Notes: generated by a model not told the origin, from the letters alone. DNA of 64,000 nucleotides from Gaiellaceae bacterium (GCA_036564885.1 DATCOE010000054.1:7198-71197), one strand, 5' to 3'; shown: positions 1 to 9,279, counted from the first letter of the stretch. A program made the numbers and translations.

Positions 1-1
1 C

Positions 2-211
2 CCATCGCGGCTGAAGCTGCCCGACGGAATGACATCGGGCCTCTACAAGGTCGTCGTCTTCGAGCCGGTCGAGCGGTCAACCGGCAAGGTCTACGACGAG
101 CCGTGCCATCGCGTGCTCGGCCACCCGGTTGACCTGCCGGCGAGCGACTGGGTGGCGGAGAACCACTGGTGCGTCCCGCTCTACTACCGCGCCGAGGAGG
201 ACGGGTCGTGA
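2..211 (+). CDS. 3' end of a CDS entering from upstream of the window (hypothetical protein fragment)
   Basis: Frame is open from base 2 to the TGA at 209-211. The stop overlaps the GTG start of the next gene (GTGA). No family recognised from the fragment. Confidence 0.4.
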   Translation, partial: PSRLKLPDGMTSGLYKVVVFEPVERSTGKVYDEPCHRVLGHPVDLPASDWVAENHWCVPLYYRAEEDGS

Positions 212-1191
212 AGGCGCTCGTCACGGGCGGCTCCGGCTTCATCGGCTCGCACGTCGTCGACCGCCTGCGCGCGGCGGGCCATGAGGTGCGCATCTTCGAC
301 CTCGTTTCCTCACCGCACCATTCGCCGGCCGAGGTCGAGACCGTGCTCGGCGATCTCTGCGATCCGGACGCCGTGCGCCGGGCGGTCGCCGGCTGCGATG
401 CTGTCCTCCACCTGGCCGCGCTCGCGGATGTCGACCAGGTGACGCGCGATCCCGCGCAGGCCGACCGCGTGAACGTCCGCGGCACGCAGTCGCTGCTCGA
501 CGGTGTGCGCGACGCGGCCATCGCCCGCTTCGTCTACGCGAGCACGATCTGGGTCTACGGTGACGCGACCGGCCCCGAAGCCGTCGACGAGGACACGCCG
601 CTCGCGCTGCCGAAGCACTTCTATACCGCCACGAAGATCGCCGGCGAGATGTACACCGCGAGCTACGGCGAGTTGTTCGGCCTCAAGCACTCCATCCTCC
701 GCTTCGGCATTCCCTACGGCCCACGCTCGCGGCCGACGGCTGTGGTCGCCGCGTTCACCGCGAAGGCGCTCGCCGGCCAGCCGCTGACGATCGCCGGCGA
801 CGGCACGCAGTCGCGACGCTTCGTCTACGTCGAGGATCTGGCCGCTGGGGTCGTCGCGTCGCTCGCGCCCGCAGGCGCGAACCGCGTCTTCAATCTCGTC
901 GGCCGCGAGAACATCAGCGTGCGCGCCATCGCGCGCACCGTCCGCGACGTCGTCGGCGACGTCCCGATCGTCCACGTCGACGGACGAGCCGGCGACCTGC
1001 GCGGCGGGAACATCTCCGGCGAGCGCGCCGCGCGCGAGCTCGGCTGGGAGCCGACGACGGTGTTCACCGACGGTGTTCGCCGCTACGTGGACTGGGTGAC
1101 CGACGATGCCGGCACGCCCAGCGCTGCGACGGCGTCGATGACGGACGGCAGCGCGGCTGCGGTCCGGCGCCACGAGTCATCTGAGCTGTAG
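208..1191 (+). CDS. NAD-dependent epimerase/dehydratase (extended SDR, UDP-sugar 4-epimerase-like)
   Basis: Rossmann motif VTGGSGFIGSHVV and YxxxK motif YTATK. Start placed at GTG 208 inside the 169..1191 ORF. Confidence 0.85.
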   Translation: MKALVTGGSGFIGSHVVDRLRAAGHEVRIFDLVSSPHHSPAEVETVLGDLCDPDAVRRAVAGCDAVLHLAALADVDQVTRDPAQADRVNVRGTQSLLDGVRDAAIARFVYASTIWVYGDATGPEAVDEDTPLALPKHFYTATKIAGEMYTASYGELFGLKHSILRFGIPYGPRSRPTAVVAAFTAKALAGQPLTIAGDGTQSRRFVYVEDLAAGVVASLAPAGANRVFNLVGRENISVRAIARTVRDVVGDVPIVHVDGRAGDLRGGNISGERAARELGWEPTTVFTDGVRRYVDWVTDDAGTPSAATASMTDGSAAAVRRHESSEL

Positions 1192-1754
1192 GCATCCGAA
1201 TCGTGCAGCAGCACGACGTCCCCGGGGCGTAAGCCGCGCGTCGCGCGTCGCGCGATCGTCTCCGGGGTAGCCCTCCGCTCCCAGTCGCGACCCCAGGTCG
1301 ACCAGAGCAGGGGACGCCAGCCGCGCAAACGCACGTGCGCGAGCGCGCCGGAGCTGAAGACGCCGTACGGCGGCCGGTAGAGCGTCGGGAAGACGCCCGT
1401 CGCGTCAGCGATCGTTGCCGCCGCGCGGTCGAGATCGTCGGCAAGCTCGCGCACCCGCCGCCGCAGGAGCAGCGCGTGCCGATCCCCGTGCACGGCAACC
1501 TCGTGCCCTGCGGCCACGATCTCGCGCGCAAGCGCAGGACGCCGTCGCACCTGCTCGCCGACGAGAAAGAACGTCGCGGTCGCGCCTCGCCGCTCCAGCT
1601 CTGCGAGCACAGACGGCGTCCCTTCGTCGTGCGGGCCGTCGTCGAACGTCAGCGCTACCGCATCGTCGCGCGCGAGGCGACACTCGATTCCGTACGCGCG
1701 CGCGAGCAACGGGACGAGCGGGGCCGCAGCGGGCAGGAACCAGTCCGCCCTCAT
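1083..1754 (-). CDS. Polysaccharide deacetylase (NodB domain)
   Basis: TFDDGP and HGDRH NodB motifs. Start at the ATG for MRADWF (1754), which overlaps the stop of the upstream GT28 gene (ATGA). The upstream part of the 315-aa ORF looks non-coding. Confidence 0.85.
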   Translation of the reverse strand: MRADWFLPAAAPLVPLLARAYGIECRLARDDAVALTFDDGPHDEGTPSVLAELERRGATATFFLVGEQVRRRPALAREIVAAGHEVAVHGDRHALLLRRRVRELADDLDRAAATIADATGVFPTLYRPPYGVFSSGALAHVRLRGWRPLLWSTWGRDWERRATPETIARRATRGLRPGDVVLLHDSDAYSSDDSWRRTAAALPSVIDAVAALGVPASSVTQST

Positions 1755-2836
1755 GCCACGAGTGCGAGCACGAGCGAGGCAGCTGACGGCAGCGCATCGA
1801 GCGCGAAGCCGGGGATGGGCCGTGAGGCGAGCGCGGCGCCCAGCGCCGCCGAGAGCTCCCTGCGCGTCGAGGCGACCTCCGCGAAGCCGAAGCGGCGGAA
1901 CGCCTCGTTGTGCACGCGGATGTGGCCGCGCCCCCAGCCGTACGAGATCGTCGGGCAGCCGCGCACGTGGGCCTCGAGCACGGTCAGGCCGCCAGTCGAG
2001 TGGATGAGCGCGTCGGCTGCCGCCAGCCACTCGCTCATCTGCTCGGTGAACCCGACCACGCGCACACGCGGCTCGTCGGCGTAGCGTCGCTCGAGCCGGT
2101 CGCGGACCTTCTCGTTGCGCCCGCAGAGACAGGCGACGACGGCGACGTCGCGCCTGAGCGCCTCGTCGGCGGCGCTCGCGAGATCGCCAACGCCCCAGCC
2201 GCCGCCCGAAACGAGCACGATCTTCCCGTCCGTCGGCAAGTCGAGCTTCGAGCGGGCCGCCGCCGGGTCGCAGGGCTGGGTGAACTCTGACCGCGTCAGC
2301 CCGTGCACGACGTGAACCTCCGACGCCGCCCCCGCGACCTCACGGACCTCGGCGATCGCGTCGGGGTGGATCACGAGGTGCAGGTCGATTCCAGGGGCCG
2401 CCCAGTAGTGCAACGCCGCAAGGTCGGTGATCGCGCCGACCGTCGGCACCGCCAGTCGCCCCCGGCGGCGCAACCCTCCCAGCACCTCGGTCGTGAGCGG
2501 GTACACCGACACGACGACGTCGGGCTCGACGCGCCGAACGAGCCGCAGGAGGCCGCGCGAGCCGAGCATGCGCACGAGCGCTTTGACAGCGCGGCGCGTC
2601 GGCCCGAAACCGGACGAGAGCCAGAACGCCGCATCCCACATCCACTGGAAGCGGTAGAAGAAAACGCTCGCGCCCCCTTCGTTGATCAGCACGAACTCGC
2701 GGCCCATCGCAGCGAGCCCGTCCTCGATCACGACCTCGGTGCCCGGCGCGACCGCCGTCAGTTGAGCCGCGAGCGTCCGCGCGGGGAGATCGTGACCCTC
2801 GCCGACGCTTGCCGTGAGGATGAGAACGCGCGTCAC
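1751..2836 (-). CDS. Glycosyltransferase family 28 / MGDG-synthase-like (diacylglycerol glycosyltransferase family)
   Basis: N-terminal LILTASVGEGHD block and C-terminal GGGWGVGD block typical of MGDG synthase/UgtP-type enzymes. GTG start at 2836, just downstream of the wHTH gene stop. Confidence 0.8.
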   Translation of the reverse strand: MTRVLILTASVGEGHDLPARTLAAQLTAVAPGTEVVIEDGLAAMGREFVLINEGGASVFFYRFQWMWDAAFWLSSGFGPTRRAVKALVRMLGSRGLLRLVRRVEPDVVVSVYPLTTEVLGGLRRRGRLAVPTVGAITDLAALHYWAAPGIDLHLVIHPDAIAEVREVAGAASEVHVVHGLTRSEFTQPCDPAAARSKLDLPTDGKIVLVSGGGWGVGDLASAADEALRRDVAVVACLCGRNEKVRDRLERRYADEPRVRVVGFTEQMSEWLAAADALIHSTGGLTVLEAHVRGCPTISYGWGRGHIRVHNEAFRRFGFAEVASTRRELSAALGAALASRPIPGFALDALPSAASLVLALVA

Positions 2837-2846
2837 GAGAACCGCA

Positions 2847-3140
2847 TCAAGCCTCTGGCGGGGCGAGCACAGCCAGCAGCTCGCCGATCCGGTGCGCTGC
2901 GATCGCCGGGTGCCGCATCGGTTGCATCTCGTTGATCCGATATCGGTTGCGGCGCCCGACGCGCTCCCGCACGAGGTACCCCTCGGAGACAAGGTCGCCG
3001 AGGACGCGATGTGCCTGCCGCTCGGTCAGGCCCGCCCGCTCAGAGATCTCGCGCACCGTCGCCTCGGGGGTGCGGAAGACCTCGATCAGGACGGCGCCGT
3101 GCGACGTCACGAAGTGCCAGCTCCGTCCGGGCTCCGCCAC
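2847..3140 (-). CDS. Small winged-helix DNA-binding transcriptional regulator (MarR/ArsR-like)
   Basis: 97-aa ORF with an HTH-like segment TVREISERAGLTERQAHRVLGDLVSEGYL. GTG start. Confidence 0.65.
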   Translation of the reverse strand: MAEPGRSWHFVTSHGAVLIEVFRTPEATVREISERAGLTERQAHRVLGDLVSEGYLVRERVGRRNRYRINEMQPMRHPAIAAHRIGELLAVLAPPEA

Positions 3141-3178
3141 GGATCGAGCGTATCGGCCCGGCCGGTTAGATGGTCGAG

Positions 3179-3520
3179 CTACGCGGCGAGGACGGAGCTG
3201 ACCTTCTCGACCAGCTGGGCCGGGGTGAAGGGCTTCTGGATGAAGGGCCCTTCGGCGCCCGCGTCGGTGTAGCCGGACGTGTAGAGGATCCGCACGCCCG
3301 GCACCTCGCAGGCAATCCGGTCCGCAAGCTCGAATGCATCCATCTGCGGCATCACGACGTCGGTGACGAGCAAATCGATCGGCCCGTCGCCGCGGGCGAG
3401 CTCGATCGCCTCGAGCGGCGTCGCCGCGTCGAGGACGGTGTAGCCGGCGGCCTCGAGCGTCAGCCGGATGACGTCGCGCACGACGTCCTGATCGTCGACG
3501 ACAAGTACTTTCTCGTTCAC
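3179..3520 (-). CDS. Stand-alone response-regulator receiver domain (CheY-like)
   Basis: VLVVDDQD acidic pocket, DLLVTDVVMP phospho-acceptor Asp, TSGY and KPF motifs. No output domain. GTG start at 3520, downstream of the preceding gene stop at 3607. Confidence 0.8.
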   Translation of the reverse strand: MNEKVLVVDDQDVVRDVIRLTLEAAGYTVLDAATPLEAIELARGDGPIDLLVTDVVMPQMDAFELADRIACEVPGVRILYTSGYTDAGAEGPFIQKPFTPAQLVEKVSSVLAA

Positions 3521-3606
3521 GGTGCCAGCATCGTCGCGGGCTCCTGCGGCGGGGATCCCCAGAACGGGTCGCGAACGGGCACCCGGCGGTCTCTCATACG
3601 ACTTTC

Positions 3607-5190
3607 CTACTGATGGCGGGTCGTCGCCGGCGGCCAGTGCGGGCTGATGTCGGGATCCCCGAGCTCGCCGTACGCGGGGCACCCGGGCGAGCCGCGGAGC
3701 AGCTCACGATCGGCGAGCAGCAACTCGTCGACGCGATGGTTCGACGGCACCGCCCGCTTCCACACGCGGCGCAGAGACTCACCGAGCTGGATCAGGGCGC
3801 GCGGCGGCAAGCGCGCCTCCGAGCGCACGACGAAGTAATGGCGTGCGACCCGATCGGCGGCGATCCCGGCAACGTCTGCGAAGGCATGCGCCGCCGATTG
3901 ACCCTCCGCCGGTGACGCGGCGTAGAAAAGCCAGATGCCGAACCGCGGCGCGCCTGGACCGTGCAGGAACGGCAGCGCCCGTCGGCACGAGTCGTCGTCG
4001 ACAAGCTGCACCGACCCGACGCGCAACGCGACGAGGTGGTCGAGGATATTCGCCGGGTGGCCGTAGTCGAATGACGAGAACAGCGTGCCGCTCGTGCCGG
4101 TCGCGCCGAACAGGACCGCGCCGTGGGGCGAGCGTTCGACGGCGTGGACTGCCGCGTCGACCCCGATGCGATGCACCGCGTTGCGATGGTTGTCGTCAAA
4201 GCGCAAGTCGACGCCGAGCAGGCCGCAGACGAGCAGGGCAAGGACGACGAGCCGCAGGCGGCCGCCCCAGCTCGCGATCGTGAGGCAGCCGGCGAGGACG
4301 AGGACGAGAAACGCCGGCGTCACCGGGATCATGTAGCGATCGAAGAAGAGCGCGGAGTCTCCACTCGCCGGAATGACCGAGAAGAAGCTGACGGGCGCGG
4401 CGACCGTTAGCGCACAGAACGCAAGCGTGCGGTACGCGCGGCGGGCGAGCAGCGAGAGCACGCCGACGGCGGCCAGCACCGTGAAGTAGTTGACGTCGTG
4501 CCGTCCCGGCGCGACGAAGTGCAGCGCGTCCTCCCATACCGGGCGCCCCGAGAACGTTCGTCCTTGCACCGCCTTGCCGCCGACGCCGTAGCGATCGCCG
4601 AGCACGTGCAACGTTCTCACGTAGTAGGGCGCGAAGGTGAGCAGCAGCGCGGCAGCGCCGGGCCAGGCCTGCCGGACGACCGCGCGGGGCCGATGCGGTG
4701 CATAGACGAGTGCCGCGCCAAACGCCGTCAATGCGTACAGCGGCGCAGTCGGGTGGATGAAGACCGAGAGCCCAAGCAGGGCTCCGGCCGCGGCCCACAG
4801 GCGGCGGTCGCCATCGTCCGCCGCCTTCAGCGCGAGCAGCGTCGACCACATGAGCCAGGCGAACAACAGCGTGTGCGGGCGGCCGAAGGTCGCATAGAGG
4901 ACGGGGATCGGCGAGACGGCGGTGAGCAAGACAACCCCGGCTCCAGCCTCGCTGCCAAGCAGCCGCTGCACGAGGAGCGCCACCGCGGGCAGCGCCAGGC
5001 AGAGGAAGACGAGCGACGGCACGCGGAGGGCGCCGAGCCCCGGCCACGAGGAGAGCAGGAAGTGCTCGAGCCAGAAATGCAGCGGCCCGCCCCCGCGCTT
5101 CGTCGAGACGATGTGGAAGATATGCGCGAACGAGAAGTCGCTGATCCGAAGCGTCAGCTCCTCGTCGACGTTCAGCGGCGCCCACCACAC
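3607..5190 (-). CDS. GT-C fold membrane glycosyltransferase (GT39/ArnT/PMT-like), copy 1
   Basis: Polytopic membrane protein with a DE motif in the first loop (NVDEELT). The listed GTG start (5190) probably truncates TM1; see finding at 5191-5265. Confidence 0.75.
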   Translation of the reverse strand: MWWAPLNVDEELTLRISDFSFAHIFHIVSTKRGGGPLHFWLEHFLLSSWPGLGALRVPSLVFLCLALPAVALLVQRLLGSEAGAGVVLLTAVSPIPVLYATFGRPHTLLFAWLMWSTLLALKAADDGDRRLWAAAGALLGLSVFIHPTAPLYALTAFGAALVYAPHRPRAVVRQAWPGAAALLLTFAPYYVRTLHVLGDRYGVGGKAVQGRTFSGRPVWEDALHFVAPGRHDVNYFTVLAAVGVLSLLARRAYRTLAFCALTVAAPVSFFSVIPASGDSALFFDRYMIPVTPAFLVLVLAGCLTIASWGGRLRLVVLALLVCGLLGVDLRFDDNHRNAVHRIGVDAAVHAVERSPHGAVLFGATGTSGTLFSSFDYGHPANILDHLVALRVGSVQLVDDDSCRRALPFLHGPGAPRFGIWLFYAASPAEGQSAAHAFADVAGIAADRVARHYFVVRSEARLPPRALIQLGESLRRVWKRAVPSNHRVDELLLADRELLRGSPGCPAYGELGDPDISPHWPPATTRHQ

Positions 5191-5257
5191 CGTCGGCAGC
5201 GTGAGCCAGGTGAGAAGCGACGCCGCAGCGACGGTCGCGGCGGGGAGTACGAGTTTC

Positions 5258-6739
5258 CTACTCAGGGCGAGTGGCTGCGAGCGCCTGCATCTCGGGCGTC
5301 TCGGGAGCGGTGCGGTACGGGTGCTCGTCCGCGACCTCGGTCTCGTGATAGACGCTCTCCGCGTTCACGTCCCAGATGTCGTGGTGCGCGCCGGCGAGCA
5401 GGTTGTCGACGGCGCGCATCGCCGTGAGCATCGAGTGGTCCGAGTTGTTGTAGCGGTGGAGGCCGTTGCGCCCGACCTGCTGGAGGTTCTCGATCCCGTC
5501 GAGCCAGGAGCGAATCGTCTGGACGCGCACGGCGTAGTCGGCGTCGTAGATCGGGTACGCCTTCGGCACACGGATCGCAAACCCGCGCTCGACCTTCGAC
5601 TGCGGCGAGAGACGCAGTTGCTCGAGTTCGCGCGACGCGAGCTCTACGAGGGCAGCATCGTCCATCGTCCAGAGGTCGTCGCCCTCGAAGCAGAAGTACT
5701 CCAGGCCGACGCACGCCTTGTCCGGGTCGGGAACCATCCACGGCGACCATGAGCGGTAGTTCTGGATGCGGCCGACCCGGACGGCGGGCTCGTGGATGTA
5801 GATCCAGTTGTCGGGAAAGAGGTCTTCACCGTCGACGACGAGCGCAACGGTGAGGAAGTCGCGGTAGCGCAGCCCGCGGGCCGCGTCGAGCACCTCCTGA
5901 GGCGGTGGCGGGCTCGCCATCTCGACGACGGCGCGCAGCGGCAGCGAGGAGATCACGGTGTCGGGAAGCGCATAGGAGTCGCCGCCGGCCTCGATCTCGA
6001 CGACCCGGCCGCCCGCGAGCTCGATGCGCGTAACCGGAGCCTGGAGCCGCACCTCACCGCCTTCGTTTTCGATCGCGAGCGTCATCGCGTCCCACATCTG
6101 CCCGGGACCGAAGCGTGGATAGTTGAACTCTGAGATCAGGCTTTTCACCTTGTTGCCCTTGTTGCCGAAGAACGCGGCCTTCGCGGCGGAGAAGAACGAG
6201 AGACCCTTGATCCGCTGCGCGGCCCACTCCGCCCGGATCTCCGACGTCGGAACGCCCCACACCTTCTCGGTGTACGACTTGAAGAACAGCTCGAAGAGAC
6301 GCCGGCCGAAACGATTCGACACCCAGTCCTCCAGGGAGTCATCCACCTTGTTCCGGCGCGCGGCGGCGCGCAGATATGACGCCATACAGCGCGTTAGCTC
6401 GACCGGGCCGAGCTTCCTGATCACGTCGGGCCCGCGCAGCGGGTAGTCGAGGTAGCGGTTGTTCCAGTAGATGCGCGACATCCGCGGGCGCAGGAGGAAC
6501 TCCTCGCCAAGGATCTCGTGCCAGAGCGTGTCCACCTCGACCGACTTGGTGAAGAAGCGGTGGCCGCCGAGGTCGAAGCGGTAGCCGTCGTTCTCGACCG
6601 TCTTCGCGAGGCCGCCGACCTGGTCTTCCGCCTCCAGCACGACGACATCACGGCCCGCGCGCTCCAGCAGATAGCCCGCGGTCAGGCCTGCCGGGCCGCC
6701 GCCGAGAACGAGCGTGGTCTGGGAGGTCTCGATCGTCAT
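5258..6739 (-). CDS. FAD/NAD(P)-binding oxidoreductase (amine-oxidase / UDP-galactopyranose-mutase-like fold)
   Basis: N-terminal dinucleotide fold LVLGGGPAGLTAGYLL...VLEA..QVGG. Start at the ATG for MTIETSQ (6739). Confidence 0.8.
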   Translation of the reverse strand: MTIETSQTTLVLGGGPAGLTAGYLLERAGRDVVVLEAEDQVGGLAKTVENDGYRFDLGGHRFFTKSVEVDTLWHEILGEEFLLRPRMSRIYWNNRYLDYPLRGPDVIRKLGPVELTRCMASYLRAAARRNKVDDSLEDWVSNRFGRRLFELFFKSYTEKVWGVPTSEIRAEWAAQRIKGLSFFSAAKAAFFGNKGNKVKSLISEFNYPRFGPGQMWDAMTLAIENEGGEVRLQAPVTRIELAGGRVVEIEAGGDSYALPDTVISSLPLRAVVEMASPPPPQEVLDAARGLRYRDFLTVALVVDGEDLFPDNWIYIHEPAVRVGRIQNYRSWSPWMVPDPDKACVGLEYFCFEGDDLWTMDDAALVELASRELEQLRLSPQSKVERGFAIRVPKAYPIYDADYAVRVQTIRSWLDGIENLQQVGRNGLHRYNNSDHSMLTAMRAVDNLLAGAHHDIWDVNAESVYHETEVADEHPYRTAPETPEMQALAATRPE

Positions 6740-6785
6740 GAGAACGGCCGGGGCGTGGCCGTCGAACGATGCTAGATGATTGGTT

Positions 6786-8330
6786 CTAGCGCAGGCGCCG
6801 ATACACGAACGCCTGCAAAGGCTTGAAGTAATTGCGGTGGACCGCGATCTCATCGGTCGAGACGTGACGAACGAGACGAACGCGCGGATCGTGCTGAAGG
6901 AGGGCGGTCCACTCGAGCGAGCGCTGCCAGACGAGGTGCGTCCACCGGGACCGCCACGCGCGGTAGTCGCGGAAGACGGGCGTGACCACTACGAACTCGC
7001 CGCCTGACGGCACGGTCGCGAGCAGCGCGTCAAGCGTTGGCCGCGGGCGGGCCTTGCGCAGCCGGTCGACGGCGTCCCGCCAGTCGAACACCTGCGAGTC
7101 GGGCACGAGACCGAGCGTCGTCGCGAAGCGCGGCCGGGCGCCCAGGTAGTAGCGGAGCAGCGGAACCTGCTCCGGATGCGTCGAGATCACGAGCTCTCCC
7201 GGCCGGATGCTCGGCGCGACCGCCGCGCTCACCTGCCGGGCGTTCTCCTTGTTGTCGTGGGACGAGTACCCGGCCCAGACGAACGCCACCGCGACCAGAG
7301 CGGCGATGCCGAGCCGGCGCGCTCGCACGAGCCCGCGCGCTGCGAGCAGGAGCAGCGGGCCGAGCACGACCGCGAGGTACCGCGTCGACCACGCGGGCGA
7401 GAGTTGCGAAAGAAGCCAGGCGAGGAGCACCGTCACGCCGGCGGTCACCGCAAGCGTCAGTACCGTAACTCGCTCCTCGTCGCCGCGACGGCGGACGACG
7501 GACGCGAGCCCGGCGCCCCCGACGAGCGCGAAGGCCATCAGCGGCGCGTCGCCGTTGAAGACGGCACCGGGTGCCAGCACGAGATCGTGAAAGCTCGGCG
7601 CGGACGCCCACGGCGCGCCCGTATGGCGCGCCTGCGAGAGCAACGTCGGCAGCCACGGCGCATAGAGCAGCGCAACGCCCGCAGCTGCAGCACCGAAGAG
7701 ACGAAGTCGTTCGCGCGCGAAGAGCGCCGTGGCAGCCGCCAGTCCGACGCAGAGGAAGAGCCCCCAATTGTGCACGTAGAGCATCGCGTCGAGCGAGAGC
7801 ACCAGGACAACTACCCACGCTGTCCGGCCGCGCAGGATCCCGTTCACGTAGGCGAGCGTGACGACCAGCGAGAGGAACGCCGCGAGCGAGTACATGCGCG
7901 TCTCCTGCGCGTAGTACGTCAGGTACGGGTCGATCGCCGCGAGCGCCGCGCAGACGAGCCCGGTCGAGCGGCCATGGAGGCTGCGACCGACTGCAAAGGC
8001 GAGTGGGATGCAACCGATCGCGAAGAGCAGGGAGAGCGTGTGCGTTGCGCGCTCACCGTCGCCGAAGAGACGAATCCAGAGGTTGAGCAGCATGTAGTAC
8101 GCCGGCGGCGATCCATCCTGGTGGAGGAGCCCCGGGATCGCCGTCAGGTGATGGTGCGCGATACCGACCGACAGGCCCTCGTCGATCCAGAAGCCGGCGT
8201 TCAGCTGGCGGGTGCGCAGGAGGAGCGACAGCGCGGTCAGCACGCTGAGGAGCGCGGGCGTCGACCAGGGCGAGGCGAGCACCTCGTCGACGCGCAGCGC
8301 GCGCACGCGGGCCGCTACGGCCGCTGTCAC
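6786..8330 (-). CDS. GT-C fold membrane glycosyltransferase (GT39/ArnT/PMT-like), copy 2
   Basis: Polytopic protein with the DE motif FWIDEGLS after TM1. GTG start at 8330 overlaps the stop of the upstream gene (GTGA). Confidence 0.8.
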   Translation of the reverse strand: MTAAVAARVRALRVDEVLASPWSTPALLSVLTALSLLLRTRQLNAGFWIDEGLSVGIAHHHLTAIPGLLHQDGSPPAYYMLLNLWIRLFGDGERATHTLSLLFAIGCIPLAFAVGRSLHGRSTGLVCAALAAIDPYLTYYAQETRMYSLAAFLSLVVTLAYVNGILRGRTAWVVVLVLSLDAMLYVHNWGLFLCVGLAAATALFARERLRLFGAAAAGVALLYAPWLPTLLSQARHTGAPWASAPSFHDLVLAPGAVFNGDAPLMAFALVGGAGLASVVRRRGDEERVTVLTLAVTAGVTVLLAWLLSQLSPAWSTRYLAVVLGPLLLLAARGLVRARRLGIAALVAVAFVWAGYSSHDNKENARQVSAAVAPSIRPGELVISTHPEQVPLLRYYLGARPRFATTLGLVPDSQVFDWRDAVDRLRKARPRPTLDALLATVPSGGEFVVVTPVFRDYRAWRSRWTHLVWQRSLEWTALLQHDPRVRLVRHVSTDEIAVHRNYFKPLQAFVYRRLR

Positions 8331-9244
8331 GCGCGCCTCCGCTGCCGGATGAGCAGCAGCACGAAGCCGAGCAAGGTGACCGGAACGAAGAGGATGAAGC
8401 GGAGGACGAGCAGGTAGGCGAGCGAGCCAGAGGCGTGGTGGAGCGAACGCAGCGCGAGCAGCACCGCGGCGTCGTAGGTGCCGATGTAGCCCGGCGCAGC
8501 GGGGATCGCCGCGGAGAGATTCGTGAGCGCGGTGACGTAGAGCGCTCCGGTCGAGCCGAGGTGGATGTCGACGGCCAAGCCGACGACGAGATAGACGGAC
8601 GACTCGAGCAGCCAAATCGCAAGCGAAAGCGCGAGGAGAGCCGCGCCATGCGCGCTCACCAGATCCTTCGTCGCGCCGGCGGCGGGCCGCGCCCACTCCC
8701 GGGCCGCGAGCAGCGGCCTGCTGCTCGGCGCGAAGCGCCACAGCACCGCTGCGACCACGAGCGCGATCAGGCCGGCCGCGAGAAGGTAGGGCAGCGGCCC
8801 GAAGCCGAGGCCCCGCTCGAGCACGACGACGGCGAAGATGATGGCCAGTGCTCCGACGTCGAGCACGCGCTCGGCAATCACCGTGCCGATGGCCGCGCGG
8901 CGCGGTCCTCCGAGCAGCACGACCTTCATCAGGTCGCCGGCGCGAGCCGGCAGCGTGTTGTTGCCCATGTAGCCGATTGCGGTCAGGCGGTAGCTCTCAT
9001 CGCGGCCACGGTCGAGCCGCGACCGGACGAGGATGCGATGCCACCGCTCGGCGCGCAGCGAGGTCGCGACCGCGTAGAGCGCGAGCGCCCCGGCGAGCTC
9101 CGCGAGCGACCGTGTGTTCACCGGCACGTGCGGCGCCCGCTGGCGCGAGCCCCACCAGACGATGCCGGCAAGCGCAGCGAGCGAGACGGCCAACTGCAGC
9201 AGCCCGACGCGGCGCGGGCGCGCTCGATCGACGACGCTGGCCAC
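8327..9244 (-). CDS. Flippase-like membrane protein (lysyl-phosphatidylglycerol-synthase TM-region / UPF0104 family)
   Basis: Multi-TM protein with the family-typical YMGNNTLPARAGD block. GTG start at 9244. Confidence 0.7.
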   Translation of the reverse strand: MASVVDRARPRRVGLLQLAVSLAALAGIVWWGSRQRAPHVPVNTRSLAELAGALALYAVATSLRAERWHRILVRSRLDRGRDESYRLTAIGYMGNNTLPARAGDLMKVVLLGGPRRAAIGTVIAERVLDVGALAIIFAVVVLERGLGFGPLPYLLAAGLIALVVAAVLWRFAPSSRPLLAAREWARPAAGATKDLVSAHGAALLALSLAIWLLESSVYLVVGLAVDIHLGSTGALYVTALTNLSAAIPAAPGYIGTYDAAVLLALRSLHHASGSLAYLLVLRFILFVPVTLLGFVLLLIRQRRRA

Positions 9245-9279
9245 GAAGCGTGAAGCTAGCAGGCGTAGACTCGCCGCCC

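Noticed and set aside
29-211. Stand-alone 60-aa ORF starting at ATG 29.
   Set aside because: The frame is open back to the first base of the window, so this is more likely the tail of a longer upstream gene than a separate small gene.
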